DNA from: Lama guanicoe
Taxonomy: Eukaryota
Length of the DNA stretch: 64,000 nucleotides
Reading direction: 5' to 3'
NCBI GenBank assembly: GCA_013239625.1
Contig: MU054001.1
Location: 933,884-997,883 of the forward strand
Numbering within the stretch: position 1 is the stretch's first letter; each line of letters opens with the position of its first letter. The notes below the pieces were generated by a model. That model was not told where the DNA came from. It made no database searches and saw nothing but the letters and a program-made list of their open reading frames with translations. The position numbers were made by a program, and so were the translations under genes. Of the stretch, positions 47,301 to 60,450 are shown in pieces.

Positions 47301-48469
47301 TGAATTCCCTCCTCTTGGATTTAAACCTTCTGTCTCCTCTACCTTTGTGTTAACATTTCAACCTATAAATTTCATTTTAATAAAGGAGGTGTCTAGCCAG
47401 AGATAAAACGTTCTTTAAGACAGAAAACTTCTGTCCCCACCCCACACCCTCCCCTCATCTTTCACACATTTTGTCTCAAAGCCCCAGATGTTTCCTCTGC
47501 CTTATCGGTGTGCTAAAAAGAAATCCAATATGCCGGGCTTTCAAATTTTCCGCCACAGAAACAAAGGACAACAGAAGGGGAGAATGGCCTTGCTTTCCTG
47601 GGAGCGGGGACAGCTAAGAGGAAAATGGGAAGGAGCCAGGTGCCTTGGAGAGGAGCGGGACTCCTGTTACCCTGGCTGACCCCTCCCCCCCAGCTGAAAC
47701 CATTCAAGTAATAAATGCTCCACCCACCTGTCGGGGCAAGGCTGCAAATGCCACCCTGATGTCACGTTCCTGATGCTCTTCCAGGGCTCCGGTTACAGGC
47801 TGTGCTGGGACCGTGCACTTGGCTGCGTGGAGAGCCGCCTTCCTTGGCCTCATTCACTGGGAATTTCCATTTCCCTGGGATGTTAACTGCACAGCCCTGG
47901 TCCAGGGGCTGGTGTCCTGAGCCACAGCCCTTCCTGCCACTCCCAGGAAGTCCCCCAAGCACCAAGCCCACTGCCCCACCCTATCCCAGTATCTCCCATT
48001 GTAACCTCACCCTCAAAGCACTTTATTTAGGATTTCAATTTTAATGCACCCAGGAGAACCTTTTGTAAAGCCCACACCTCAAGGTGTATCAACCTTGTCA
48101 TTAATGGCATCACTGGTCACCCAGACCCCAGGCATGTCAGAAGCAGCCCCTCACCCCATCCCAGCCACTCACTACATCGCCCTGCAGCCAAAACCTCTTA
48201 AACTTGTCCCCGTGGGTCCCCTCCTTCTCTGTCTACAGCCACTGCCTTCATTTACACACCCATCTCTCTTCTTAGAACCTGGCATGGGCAAATGTTTTAT
48301 TTTAGTAGTTAGATATGTATATAATGTGTAATAGAAAATAAATTGGTTTTTCATCTGTAATAGTGAGGGCTCTCTTTTTGAATAAATGTATCTAAATACA
48401 GAATTAAGTCCATTTACATTTCGAAAATACATATAGGAGAGCCAGGCTACCTGGTGGGCAGATTGAGCC

Positions 48470-48620
48470 AACAGGTTAGAGCACATACCTGAGTCTGAAG
48501 CTCATCTCTTGCAGTTTCCTCGCTGTGTGACCCTGGGCAAGTTCCTTAACCTCTCTGTTCCTCCCAGGATTACGGTGAGGATTAAGTGAGTTGCTGCTTA
48601 CTGTAAATTAGTGCCTTACA
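48470..48620 (+). mobile_element. MIR fragment
   Basis: cgctgtgtgaccctgggcaagttccttaacctctctgt...gtgaggattaagtgag. Confidence 0.85.
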
Positions 48621-48684
48621 GTGTTGCTGCCTCACCACCTGGGAAGTCTGGACTACTGCATGACAGAGACACTCCTCTGTGCCT

Positions 48685-48960
48685 CCTGGAGAGATGCTTC
48701 TAGAAGCTGAATCAGAGTATGTCACAACTCTACTGAAAAGTCTTCCTATTGTCTACAGGATGAAGTCTGAACCTTTCACAATGGCCTCCAAGGTCTTCCG
48801 TGATCTGTCTCCGACCCTGCTGTTTGCCATCTGTGCTCAGGCATCCTGCAACGCCAGACTCCTTACTGGCCCTAGATGGACCTCCTTTGTTCGTGCCCCT
48901 GTGCCTTTGCACATGCTGTGCCTTCTGCCAGGTATGCCTTTCTCTCATCCTGTCCATTGA
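48685..48960 (+). mobile_element. L2 fragment
   Basis: tatgtcacaactctactgaaaagtcttcc...atggcctccaagg...gcctttgcacatgctgtgccttctgcc. Confidence 0.8.
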
Positions 48961-50567
48961 GCAGATTCCTCCTCTTCATATTTCATTTCCTCATATTTCA
49001 CTTCCTTCTTCTTTTCCATTTCTTCAGACAGGGTTAGACACACTGAAACATTAGAAGAAAAAAAAAAGCCAAAAGTGACTCCATTTAAAATCACAAAGCT
49101 AAAACTATTCAAAATTAAAACATCAATTTAAAAAAAAACACAAACTAAATCCCATGTTAACAGTGCAAAAGGGTTTAGTTTAGACTTTGTCTTGAAAAAA
49201 ATAAAAGGAACATTATTTCTAATACATTTGTCTGATGTTTAACCACATCTAGGCTATCATTACAACTATGCATTAATTTTGAGAACTAACAAAAAACAAT
49301 TCATGCTTTTAGTTATAGTTCTTATAAAATTGTATGAGTCATCAATCCAATGGTTTTTACTCCATATTTGACTTTGACAGCATGTTTATTTTAAAAGGCC
49401 ATTTCGTGAATGCATCAGAGGATTTCATTCATTTTCTTGAGAAACACTCATCACCTTGATATTTAACTCACCCTCCTGCAAAGCCCTTACCATATCATCA
49501 TCCCTGTTCACTTTCCTTTTTCCTTTGCCAACTGCTCTACCTCTGTGGCCAGGTCCTCTGTGAAATGGCTTTCTCGAGAACAACTCCCAGGAGTTTTCCA
49601 GCATCACCTTCATCAGTTTCACAAGACCCTGCGTCTTTACAAGATGGCTGATTTCAGGCTACAGTTAATTTGAGCTGTTTCAGCCATGTGTTAAGATGCT
49701 CACAACAGGGAGTTATCCAAGAACAAATATTCACATAGCAAGGATCTCTGTCTCTCTTATATCTCTTCTCATCCACTGTGTGATAACTGGACATTTGTAC
49801 ATTGGGGTGCACATACCATGTGATCCAGTGCCCCAAATCCCCCTTTCTGCATCTCCTGCCCCTACTCCTCCCTCCTTTCCTCCAAGCTCCCAACCACCTA
49901 CCTCAACACCCACAGACAACCACACACACCCCTCCCTCCTTTCTTTCCTTTCCATCTTCAAACACTTGATGTAGAGAAAGGTGGTTCTCATTGACAAGGT
50001 CTGACAGGAATGGCACATGTATTTTAATTATCATGCTAGATCTTGTCAATTAATGTAGCTGCCCGAGGACACTGGGACAAAAGCCGGAGACTAAGTAATG
50101 CCTCCGTGGGAAAGACCACCATTGTGGATGACCGGTGTTTGCCTTGAGCCCACCTGGAGAGGGACGGTCAATGTGTGATGTGATTCCAAACCGGGTCCAG
50201 GCTGGATTTTAGACACAGGGGAGCTCTATAGAGCAAGTCCGCTTTCTCATCTTATTCAATACTCTAGAAACCATCCACAAAACCTCTTCTATACGCCAGG
50301 GCTCAGCGCAGAGCCCTGAAGAGGGAGCAGCTTGGGCCCCTATAAAAGAATTTCACATTGCAGACCAGGGTGGGAAAGGGGTTTCAAATCTTCTTACTCT
50401 GTCAGAAGTACCCACTGCCCCACGATACTCACCTCTAGAGTCCTGAGCAAGAGTGTGAACCACATTTCCTACTGAGCCCATGTCAGTCATAGTACCACAG
50501 TACTGGAAATAAGTCATCAAGAGAAAGGTCTCCAGCTTGGTAGATCCTGCTCCCTTTCAGTGGAACA

Positions 50568-50610
50568 GTTCGTTCATTCATTCATTCATTCATTCATTCA
50601 TATATTCAGT
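50568..50610. repeat. (TTCA)n tetranucleotide repeat, probably an L2 tail
   Basis: ttcgttcattcattcattcattcattcattcatatattcag. Confidence 0.85.
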
Positions 50611-51149
50611 GAGTCATACTATCAGTTAACACTGCCCATGATAGAGAGGCCAAAGTCAGCCAAACCCATCCTGAGGACAAAGCTGGCATGTCAAAGGGAT
50701 CTCTTGAGGGGAGAGAGCTACTCTGAGCTCTCAAGCCCACTCGCAATCTACCACATTAGGACCCAGCCCTCTGGGACCCAGTTGTCCCTGGAGACCTGGC
50801 ACCGGTTCCGGAGACGGCATAGCTGTCATAGAAGCCAATGCTACAGGTAATTTTGGCAATTAAGACTCATGGTCAATTAAACAGATTCATGTCATGGTAC
50901 TTGGGAGGCCCGGTAATCTGGGTTGAGTCCGAGTGGAATTAAGCATGGAGGACCCCAAGTTCCAAGTTCAACCACTCCCCAGTCTTTCTGTCCAAAAATG
51001 ACTTTCTTGCTCCCTGCTGGCAAGCTCGCAGCCAAAGGATCACTCGACTGGGTGGCCCCCTGCCCGACGGCCCTGTGTCTGTACAGAGGTAGGAACCCAT
51101 GTGCTGTGTACAGTTTCCTTTGAATCTTTAAACCACCCTTTGGGGCCCC

Positions 51150-51235
51150 TCCCATTTTAGAGATGAGGAAACTGAGTCTCAGGAACCAAGGAACCTTACT
51201 CAAGGATGCGCATGAGATAACTCAAACCCAGGGGT
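51150..51235 (-). mobile_element. MIR core fragment
   Basis: cccattttagagatgaggaaactgagtctcag. Confidence 0.8.
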
Positions 51236-51299
51236 CACGTCGTACAATCGGCAGGTCTCTCCCATATACCAGTATTTAATATTGCTTCTTTTGTTTTTT

Positions 51300-51525
51300 A
51301 CTTTTGTCTTTATCCATATGCCAGCTGTACCACTATTTATTTAATATTTGCCTTTAAATCCACTCCTTTGGAAAGTTATATAGCTAACTCTAGGAGGAAG
51401 ACTCAGGAAATGACGATTTTGATGTATCAACTATATGTTTGCTTAGATGCCCACCGAGCTATGGAATAAACAGAAAAAGTTCATTCTATGTACCTCCCTT
51501 GTTTGGCCAAGATACCGCATTTGTG
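51300..51525 (-). mobile_element. Charlie18a-like hAT remnant
   Basis: ctgtaccactatttatttaatatttgcctttaaatccactc...ttttgatgtatcaactatat...aaaaagttcattctatgtacc...gataccgcatttg. Confidence 0.6.
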
Positions 51526-51609
51526 CTTCACCTTGGCAACGCCACCCCATAGCACGCTGCTTCCTCTGGGTGTGACCCTTCACCTAGAGGCCAGCCCTCT
51601 GGTTGAGGG

Positions 51610-51830
51610 CAGGGGTACAAGGGAAGCTCTGGGGTCAGGCAGATCTGAATTCAAATGCCAAGCTTGCCACAGCACAAGCTTTCTGAACTTGGCTAAATGT
51701 TTTTAGTCTCTCTGAGCCTCAGTTCCCACATCTATAAAATGCGACCAGTAATAGTCTCCTTGCAGGGCTGCCGGGGTAACTCAAGAATCTAATGCGTGAC
51801 ATGCGCCTGGCATTTGGTAGCTCTCACGAT
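51610..51830 (+). mobile_element. MIR SINE
   Basis: gctctggggtcaggcagatctgaattcaaat...tctctgagcctcagttcccacatctataaaat. Confidence 0.85.
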
Positions 51831-52285
51831 GCTCTGTGGTCTTTGGGGAGTAAAGGAAGCCGGGCGCTTTCTGGTTCCTGCCTGCAAGGCGGAGTCCAAG
51901 TGCCTGACAGTCTGCAAGGGCCAGTGTTCATCCCTTTGGGGTGATTGTCCCACCAGGTTAAGAATGCAGAGTCTTCAGACAAAGCTGAGCTTCTGCCTTG
52001 GGCTCCGGCTCTGCTTGGTTAAACTTTGAGCTCAATCCAGGTGGAAAAGTAATGACCTTAGAGCAGCTGGTCCATTCCCCCACCCAGCTGTCCAGATCAA
52101 GCAAGACTGGGAAATGGGAGCCAGAGCAAGAGACAATTGCTGCGGTGGGAGGTGGGGGGGTCACTTCCCTTCCCATAGACACCACCAAACAATCCAGAGC
52201 ACATCTACTCATTTGGTGATGGGCTCCACCTGGGGTTCCCAGGAAGCCGGAACCCCCACATACATTTAGGACCAGGGGGTGTGGA

Positions 52286-52548
52286 CAGTGTCACACAATG
52301 ATGCTGGTGGTGGGCTTAGGCAATCTTGCCCTTGTGGGCCCCTTCCTCCATTAAAAAAAATTAAAACATATTTTACAACATTTGGTATAAAGACAAATTG
52401 AATTGAAGCTGGAGTTGGTATTATATATTTACTATCACTATTTAATTTTTCCCCTCTGATTTTTAAAAGAAGCTATCATTGAGACCTTTTCATGCACCCC
52501 TAGAAGTACCATGGGCCTGGACCTTGTGCCTACCTGTCTATCCTAGGG
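52286..52548 (-). mobile_element. MER96B-like hAT element
   Basis: gtgggccccttcctccattaaaaaaa...tattttacaac...ggtataaagac...ctgatttttaaaagaa...atgggcctggaccttgtgcctac. Confidence 0.75.
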
Positions 52549-52938
52549 TGCAGAGGGTCAGGCTGACAGCATCTCAGAGGTGGTCCACAGGGCTGAGCCC
52601 AGAGGGAAAATGCCTGTGGAAAAGATGCTCCCAGTTGACTGTCAGGTACTTCCAAGTAAGCCTGAGTTTCCCAAACAGCCCGGAAGGGGCTGGCCTCCCC
52701 TGGATAGTGGGACCAGACCAGAGGCTGGAGCAAACGCCCCAGGCTGAGTCAGGAAGACATAGACCCCAGATTCTAGTTACACCCTCTGTGTCAAGGATGG
52801 AAGGAGAAATTCAACCAAGGTGAGAGGCTCAGGGCACACGCCAGCCCTAGGGACAAATCTATCCTCACCCAAAGCCACTGTGCCCCCTCAACAGACTCCT
52901 ACCCAAGGAGTTTACAGAAGACTCCCACCCAAGAAGAT

Positions 52939-53400
52939 TGTTTTAGTCAGAGCTCTTGATTGAAAATGATAAACTCAACCCAAGTTGCTTCAGCTAAAAG
53001 GGAGGATTTATTACGAGGCTTCAGGGTGTCACAGAGAACCCAAAGGCGTGGAAACCCTGCTCCTTTGGGACCACGAGCTAGAGAGACACCTGGAGAGGCG
53101 CTCTCTCCTTTTAGTCTCTGTGTCTCTGTACATTTCATCTGCTTCCTCTGCAATCTGGTCCAGTGGCAAAATATGGCTGCCCTATGGCTCCCAGGTCTAT
53201 GAGTCAGTTTTAGACACCCTCAGACACCTCTGTGCTGTCTCTTCATCTTGAATACCTCCAGAAGAGATAAGCTGATTGGTCCAGCTTGGGTCAAGGGTCC
53301 TGCCAAGGAGGGAGGAACACCAGCGGCAAACAACACATCTGGGGGCCTTTGTCCTGTGAATTAAAGAGCTATTTTCTTCATAGAAAGCTGCAGTGGATGT
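52939..53400 (-). mobile_element. Old MaLR solo LTR (MLT1L/N-like)
   Basis: tgttttagtcagagctcttgattgaaaatgataaactcaacccaagttgcttcagctaaaagggaggatttatt...aatatggctgcc...ctgattggtccagcttgggtca. Confidence 0.75.
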
Positions 53401-56400
53401 CATGACAAATGGGGAGGCCACCTTTGAAGTTCCATCACTTTTAGTCCATCCAGTTTAATCATCGAGTCCATTAGAAGCAGACAGAATGGAAACTGAGTGG
53501 GTAGCAAAAAATGCATCGAGTTGGCTGGTTGAGGCCAACCACGGGAGAGTGCTGGGCAGAGCCGTCTTGGCTCAGCTGTCATCATTGACATTGCTTGCAA
53601 TCCTCCAACCAGAGTGTGATATTTACTCAACAGCCGCCCCTGGGGTCTGGGTTACAAACACATAACCAAGACCAGCCCACACAAAGCATCAGGGCTGCAG
53701 GACTCCCATTTATGGCTGGACACTATACGCTTTCCTAGTTGAGGATGATTCCCTTACAGACACCTCTTCTCTGTAGGCCCCTAGGTGGGACACAGCGAGA
53801 GGAAGGTGAATCAGGGCTGGGTGGGCTTCCGATACAGGCTCCGATATCCAACAGCTCAGCGCCGGGCAGCGGCTGAGCCCTCAAGCCAAGAGACATCACA
53901 GCCAACATACCAGCATCCCAGACGCCTAGCAGATGACGCTGTTCCTCTGCCATCTTTCCCAGGGAGCCTGCCAAGTCCCCAGGCCCAGCCAGTGCTGACA
54001 TTTAAAGCAAAGTGTGTGTCAACCATATTAAACAATATACCAAGCTGTGGGTTATTAAGTGCAGGGTAAATGGACCACAGCAATTAAACTGAGATTAGGG
54101 AGTGATAAAGCCGGACTCCAGGGCCGCTAACACTGTAACACACAGAGGCCTGACTATTACAAAGTGTGAAAGCCACATCAGGAACTCGGTGACATGGCCC
54201 TCGAAGGAAACGCACTCCGTCACTCCAGTGGGCCCCTCCCCTCACTGTTCCCTCAACTTTGTTTGTCTTTTCTCCTTTTGACAATCTGGCATTCTCAAGA
54301 AGACACAGCGGATACCCAGCATCCAGGAATGATGGAGGACTGACTGCCAGGTAGGGTCACGGGGACATGTCCTCAAAGAAGTGTCTGACCTGCTATAGCT
54401 GGATGCCCCCTGCCTCCTCCCAGCCCCTTCCCAGTTTGAACAATACACGGAACTTCGGCCCCCCTCCAGAGAACCAGCAGCAGGAGAGCAGCCGTTCTCA
54501 GTCCGCCGGTGCCAGGCACCCAGTAGGCACCAGGCAGTCTCAGAGCAACAGCTGGAGGCCCCACAAGCAGGACCAGCCAGGAAATTCCCAGGTAGGGCCA
54601 ACCCCATCTGATATCAACGGGACAGAGCATGAGGGCGCAGGGAGGATTTCCTGGCACTGGAACGCACCACGACACATCTTGAAATGAACACGCAATGCCC
54701 TTGGAGTCATTGGCTCCAGACCTCTGGGCAACAGGGCCGTGGTCTTGCCAACAGCCTGCTGGCCTGTGCTCCAGGCCTTTGCCTGGCCCCGGACCTTCAG
54801 ATGATGCTACTTGGTGTGTGTGGTTGGGGGTAGGGTCCAGAGAAGGCTCCTCCTCCAGGGCTGGGCCTGAGCCCTGAGCCCTCAGAGAGCTGCCTTTTCT
54901 TCCCAAGAACACACTGGACCCTGACAGATCCACTCCTCTCTCCAAAGTGTCTTTGTTGCACCGAGAGAGGACAGCGTCCTGGAGCATTTCTCAGCATTTT
55001 GACTTTTAATGGATAATATGCCAAAACACACACTCAGGGGTAACCATCCTGAGGGGATGATCTCGGACTGTTTGGTTAACCCTTTCATCCCCAAGGCCCA
55101 GAAGAATGCTGCCACATAGCAGGTATCTTATCAGTATGCACTAAATGAAAAAACTCATGATCCAAAGAAAGAGCCTGTGGGGAGGCAGCCCCCTCTTAGG
55201 GGGAGGGGGTTCCATGATCATTGTTGTGTTGATTGAGGAAACAGCTACACCTCTGTCTCAGCTGTTTCTTTATTGGTAGAAATAGCAATGATGGGATTCA
55301 GAGGGTTAAAGAAGCAGCTGCTTTCATCTAAGCTTCCAGAAAGGCCTGAATCAACCCCTGGACCCATTCAGATGTCGCCCACTGTTAAACAAGCCAAATG
55401 AATCGATGGCCCGGCACTCTGTAGCCTCAGTTCTAACTGAACATTTGACTCCATCCTCGTTTTCTCCCCTTCCTTAAAGGGGCAGAGGGAGGGGAGAGTG
55501 GTGGGGAGACCATCTTGTTTGATTTAACATGTCCTTGTAAACTGCCCAAAGTCCTTTCCGGCTGGAGGCAGATCTGAACAAACGAATGTAATCATCCTGT
55601 AACCCAGAGACACCGTGGGTTGGGGAAATGGTTGACCCCAGTGCACTGGACCTATTTGTAAATGGGTCCCTGAGGTTAAGATACCACTGGCCAAGCTTTC
55701 TGAGCATTTTTTGGTTCTGAGTGGTCAGGAAGGATGAGAAATCTCTGCCCAAAACTGAGTAGGTTCCAAATTTTAAAACTTTTAGCTCTGTAAAGTGGTA
55801 TATATTTGGTGTTCCTGAGAAGTGGGGTGTTGGGGTCTTCAGGCTGCCAGCTGGCTCCTCAGCACCCCCAGGCATGCTGGAGACGACTTAGAAGGGCTCC
55901 GGGCTCTACTTCTGCCCCAAATCACAGTTTACCTGCCCGTTGACCTACCCAGCAGTCCCTGCTCTCAGTCAGCTAGCACACTGAAAATCTTCTGATAAAT
56001 TCACACTAAAATGTGGCTGGTCCCACATGGGCTTAAGATGTTTGCCTATGAATATGAAAGTTGCCTTAAAATCCAGGTCCTTTAGGAAGGATTCTAGACA
56101 CCATTAATGGAGATGTAATCTGCAAGATTTCTAGAAAGGAAGTCTTCCCACTGATGGTCTGTTGACTTACCCTCCAAGGTTTCTTCCTGGTTGCAGTAAG
56201 GCCATGGCAGGACCTTCAACAAGCTACATCCTCTCCCTGAGCCCCCGGTTTTCCTTCTGTCACTTGAGTGGGTTAAATAAAATGTCCTTTTAGGACTTTT
56301 AACTCAAAAGTCGATTCCTGGAATCCAAATTTCTTAGCTTGACTTTTAAACCTTTCCGTACTATGATCCTCTAACTCAACTTTATGATCCATCACTCCCC

Positions 56401-56429
56401 ACACAGAAACCAGACAGACCACATTAACT

Positions 56430-56775
56430 ACGCTATTAATAATCATACAAAATTGCTGCTGTTTCTTGAGTACTTATGTCTCAGGCACTACTTTTAAGAA
56501 CTTCTTCCTTTTGATCCTCACAGCCACCCTAATCATAACATTCCCGTTTTTACAGAGGAAGAAACAAGGGCTTAAGTCACTTGTTCACACAGCAAGTAAG
56601 GGTTGGGGTGAGGGTTCGAAGCCAGGCAGTCCTTGCCCTAAACCACAACATCACTCTGGGTAGACTTGTCCCCTGGACAAACCGCAGGCACCCCTCTCTC
56701 TGGACAGAGGTGAAAACGAGGCTCAGGGAGGTTAAGGAACTTGGTCAAGGTCATCGAGCAGTAGGTGGCTTCTGA
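56430..56775 (-). mobile_element. Two adjacent MIR fragments
   Basis: ttgagtacttatgtctcaggcact...ttttacagaggaagaaacaagg; acagaggtgaaaacgaggctcagggaggttaaggaacttggtcaaggtca. Confidence 0.8.
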
Positions 56776-56877
56776 AGACATTCCTTCTGCTTTGCCCTGT
56801 TCCCACTGGAACCCGAGACCCTCAGGCTGCCCTCTGGCTTCTGAGCAGCCCCTCCTCCATCACCCTGGAGGGGCATC

Positions 56878-56940
56878 CCTCTCTCTGTCTGTCTGTTTCT
56901 GTCTGTCTCTGTCTCCCTCACTCTCTCTCTCCCCTCCTTC
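56878..56940. repeat. Pyrimidine-rich (CT/CTGT)n low-complexity tract
   Basis: ctctctctgtctgtctgtttctgtctgtctctgtctccctcactctctctctcccctccttc. Confidence 0.8.
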
Positions 56941-57464
56941 TGTTAGACTTCCTGAACTGCCTTCCCATCGCTGACCTGGAAAAGCAGCAGGAGACCTGGG
57001 GAAGAGGGGGAAAGAGAGCCTGGGAGATTCAGCAAAGGCAGCAAGTTGCTCCTTGTCCATGAAAATACCAATCAAGAAACCCAAAGTCTTTTCATCTGAC
57101 CCAGAAAATAAACTTCCTTTCTTCTGGGCCGGGGTAGTAGATGCCAAGTTCCACCTCAGGCCTTTAAAAAACAAAACCAGACCAAACAGAACTAAGCCTT
57201 AACCCTTCTATGATTCCGTTTATAATATAAACATCGACTTCCCCTCTCCCCTGGTGGGGCGAATCGCTGTGGTGAGAGAAGCTGTTTTCATAGTCAGCTA
57301 ATTACCCCCTTAAAGACGGCTGATGACCTAACTTCCCGCCCTTAGCTTGGCCCGAGAGGTCCCCTACTTGGCTCCAGAGTGCTGCATGGAGGTGAAGGAG
57401 GCACTAGAGGGTGAGAAAGGGCAGGAAGACAGCCCTCAGGACCCCCACCTCCCAGAGCCTAGAA

Positions 57465-57650
57465 CGAGAGCCCTGGAGGCAGAAAATCCGCCTTCCAAAT
57501 CCGCCTCTGCCAGCTCCTATCTGCACAAGTGCTATTATCTTCCAGAGGCTCAGTTTCCTCATCTGTAAAATGGGGACACCAACGATGCCACGAGAAAGTA
57601 CAGGGAACCCACAGGGTCCTGCCAGAGTGAGTGCTCCGTCAGTGCTAGGT
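57465..57650 (+). mobile_element. MIR SINE
   Basis: gaggctcagtttcctcatctgtaaaatgggga. Confidence 0.8.
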
Positions 57651-57729
57651 TAGTCCTTCCCCACCCTGCCTGGACTACCCAACACTGAAAGGCCAGACTG
57701 GACAGTTGCCATTTCCAGCCTGTTCCTCC

Positions 57730-57915
57730 CCAATCATAATAGTCATAATAATCCTAATGAACACTGAATGGGCACCACCAGCCAGAATGTGTCTTCAGTG
57801 GTTTATAACTGTTATCTTACTGAAGGATAACAACCTGATGAGACAAGTCCTATTATTATGCCCATTTTACAGATGAACTAATTGAGGCTCAGAAAGGTTA
57901 ACTTACTCAACTAGG
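57730..57915 (-). mobile_element. MIR SINE
   Basis: tattattatgcccattttacagatgaactaattgaggctcagaaaggttaacttactcaa. Confidence 0.85.
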
Positions 57916-58787
57916 AAGTCCTTGGATTCCAATGGCCACCAGTCTCATACCGGGAGCCTCCACAGAAGTCAGAAGAGTTTAATTCTTCCACCTCCCAGGG
58001 GAAGGTGGGGAGTGCGGGGTGGAAGACTGGGGCCTTGCAGACAAAAAACAAGGCTTCCTGTCCCCAAGGCCCTGGGATGACCAACAGTACCAGACTGAAG
58101 GAGGAGGCTCCACCCTCCATGGATGCTGCAGGCAGAGGGTGGACAGGGATGGCGCTGTGGCCCAGATACCATTTGCTCCTACCATGAAGGGGAGGCCCCT
58201 GCAGGTTTCCAAGGTGCCCATTCAAATGAGGAAAGAGGGAGGGTTGGAGAGGAAGTGATTCCTTTATGAACACCCAACAAATACTCACCAGGATGGAAGT
58301 TAGGAAGGAAACCAGCAGGAGACGGAGCTAGAGAGGAAGGGGGCCGTCAGAGCCCCTTTCAGTGACCCTCTCTCTGAGATGACATTGTAGGTGACCCCTA
58401 ACGGCCGAGACCTGGGAAGACGTTGGGAACAGGGAGAAGGAAAAAATGACGAGGCAGGAAGACGCATCTTATTTTCATTTTGATTAAAGCTTATTCTTGT
58501 CTGAAAATCCCAACACTTTAATCTACGCTTTCTGTGTTGTGATTTCCACCTCAGGTGGCACCTAGTAGACTGTTAGATTTCTGTTACATTCTCCTCTTGA
58601 AACTTTTTTGAGGGGTACTAATATTGGGAATAATATAACCAAATGTTTGAGGGTTTTTTTTTTTAACATTTCAATCTTTTAAAAGGCACAGCTTTGATAT
58701 TTAAACCCTATACTATACTGTTTTCTGTTTTAGTGTTAAGCTTTTTCTATTAGACAAGAAAAAGCGTTCATAGTAGATAATCTAGAC

Positions 58788-58996
58788 CAGGAGTTGGCAA
58801 ACTTTTTTCTGCAAATATTCTAGATTTTGTGGACCTTATGGCGTTTGCTGTACCAACTCAGTTCTGCTGTTGTAGTGTGAATGGGGCCGTAGACAATACA
58901 TCACTGAGTAGACCTGGTTGTGCTCCAGTAAGACTTTATCTATAAAAACAGACAGTGGTCCAGACTTGGCTTTCAAGCCATAGTTTGCCTAACCTG
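58788..58996 (+). mobile_element. MER58A hAT-Charlie element
   Basis: caggagttggcaaactttttt...caactcagttctgctgttgtagtgtgaa...gccgtagacaatac...ccatagtttgcc. Confidence 0.9.
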
Positions 58997-59328
58997 GAGA
59001 ATGCAGACTAGTAACATAAAAAAAACAGAATGACCTGGAATCCCACCACCCAAAGGTAACTGGTGTTAGCACCGGGGTGTGTTATCTTTCTGCTCTTTCC
59101 TCCATGCATATTTATTTTGTTTTCAAGACAGAATCATTATCTGTATACAGTTCTAAACTTGTTTGCCCACTGAATAATTGAGGAACATTTACGCCGTTAA
59201 ATGGCCTTCCATAATGTTACATTTATAGCTGTGAAATATTCCATCACACAAAAATACCCCAGTTCATAGAACTATACCTCTAGCGCATGAATTTTTTTTT
59301 TCCAATTTCCATCTTTCCTGTAGAGAAT

Positions 59329-59447
59329 CAGGGCTGATATTCAGTTGCTGTGCATGAGTCTGGCCACACTGATGCTACAGGAGGAACCTGTTCTGACTAG
59401 TGGCGCCCTTGCCACGCAGTCATTAAATACTTTGAATATCAACCCTA
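59329..59447. mobile_element. 119-bp non-autonomous hAT MITE (hAT-N1_Mam-like)
   Basis: TIRs cagggctgatattca...tgaatatcaacccta; 8-bp TSD tagagaat (59321-59328) / taaagaat (59448-59455). Confidence 0.8.
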
Positions 59448-59829
59448 TAAAGAATATAGGAGTAAAGGCTTAATGCAATTTAATAATTATTTACTTAGGA
59501 TAAACTCCTAGAAAAGGACTGGCTACTTACTCAGTATTAACATATTTGACATGTTTGACAAGCATTGTAGAGTTAACTTCCAGAAAGGCTATAATAATTT
59601 TTAATCCTGCCAGCAGAATATGAGAGTGTCTCTTTTCTACAAAGGGTCTTTTTAATCAGCAAATTTCACAAGTGATCATGAATTCTTAAACTCATAAGTA
59701 ATATCCAGGACCAATGTAATCTATTTTCTCTCTTGAAGACTGCATAGAATAAACTCTGGTCACACATCTCAAGCGTGAAAGCTTCAACTTAGCGCTCTTA
59801 ATATGTGCTCCCTGGACACTCATTGCAGG

Positions 59830-60068
59830 AGGTGAGCTCAGAAAAGAGACTTCTGTGGTCAAAGAAATGCAGAAAATGCTAGCAACTTTCATCCCCCTTT
59901 TTGAGAGTCCCAGAGCTCACCAACACAGTCAGAGCCTTGAGAAAACCTGCATTCTTTGTAGAACTATTTACCTCTTTAACCGAGAGTTCCCCAAATAAAA
60001 TCGTTTCTTCAAGTAATATTTTTTAAAGGCTCAAACAATCAGTTCTTCAGAATTTTGGAGAATCTGGT
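59830..60068. mobile_element. Charlie4-like hAT remnant
   Basis: ttctgtggtcaaa...aaatgct...ccttgagaaaacctgca...tttaaccgagagttccccaaa...ttttggagaatctg. Confidence 0.5.
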
Positions 60069-60204
60069 CTAACGTGTGTCCAATAAGCAGAATCGTACCA
60101 TTGTCCAGGAGCATAGTGTTCACACCCAATAATCCTGCCACTAAACAGCGTGGTAAACAAAACAGAACAGAAAAGGAATTAAGATTATTAGCAAGTCATA
60201 GAAA

Positions 60205-60450
60205 AACTTTCATATGACGACAAGCTAAAAAAGAATGAAGATGACTAATTCCAGAAAGAGGGATGATGAAGGAGGGTTTATAACTGCGTGGGCAAGGTGC
60301 TTTCTGCTTTCTGAAATATGACGTAAGCCGCCCGTAGAGCATGAGGGACAGCATTTAACATCCCCAGGGGACAACGAAGTTGAGGAACTATTACCTCATC
60401 AACTCAAGGAACATTTAGGCAAATTAGTGGATGTCAGGTTCCAAATGAAT
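60205..60450 (+). mobile_element. Ancient CR1/L3-type LINE fragment
   Basis: catatgacgacaagctaaaaaagaatg...ccagaaagagggatgatgaagga...aaggaacatttaggcaaattag...caggttccaaa resembles the CR1 ORF2 3' end (YEERLK.LG..SLEKRRL). Confidence 0.4.

Larger units (their letters stand above)
58735..59640 (-). mobile_element. Old L1ME fragment hosting two hAT insertions
   Basis: aatcccaccacccaaaggtaac...gaaatattccatc...ttaggataaactcctagaa...ttccagaaagg...ccagcagaatatgagagtgtc. Confidence 0.7.

Noticed and set aside
54373..54987. 204-aa minus-strand ORF and overlapping ORFs
   Set aside because: GC-rich region open in several frames; no domain similarity or splice context
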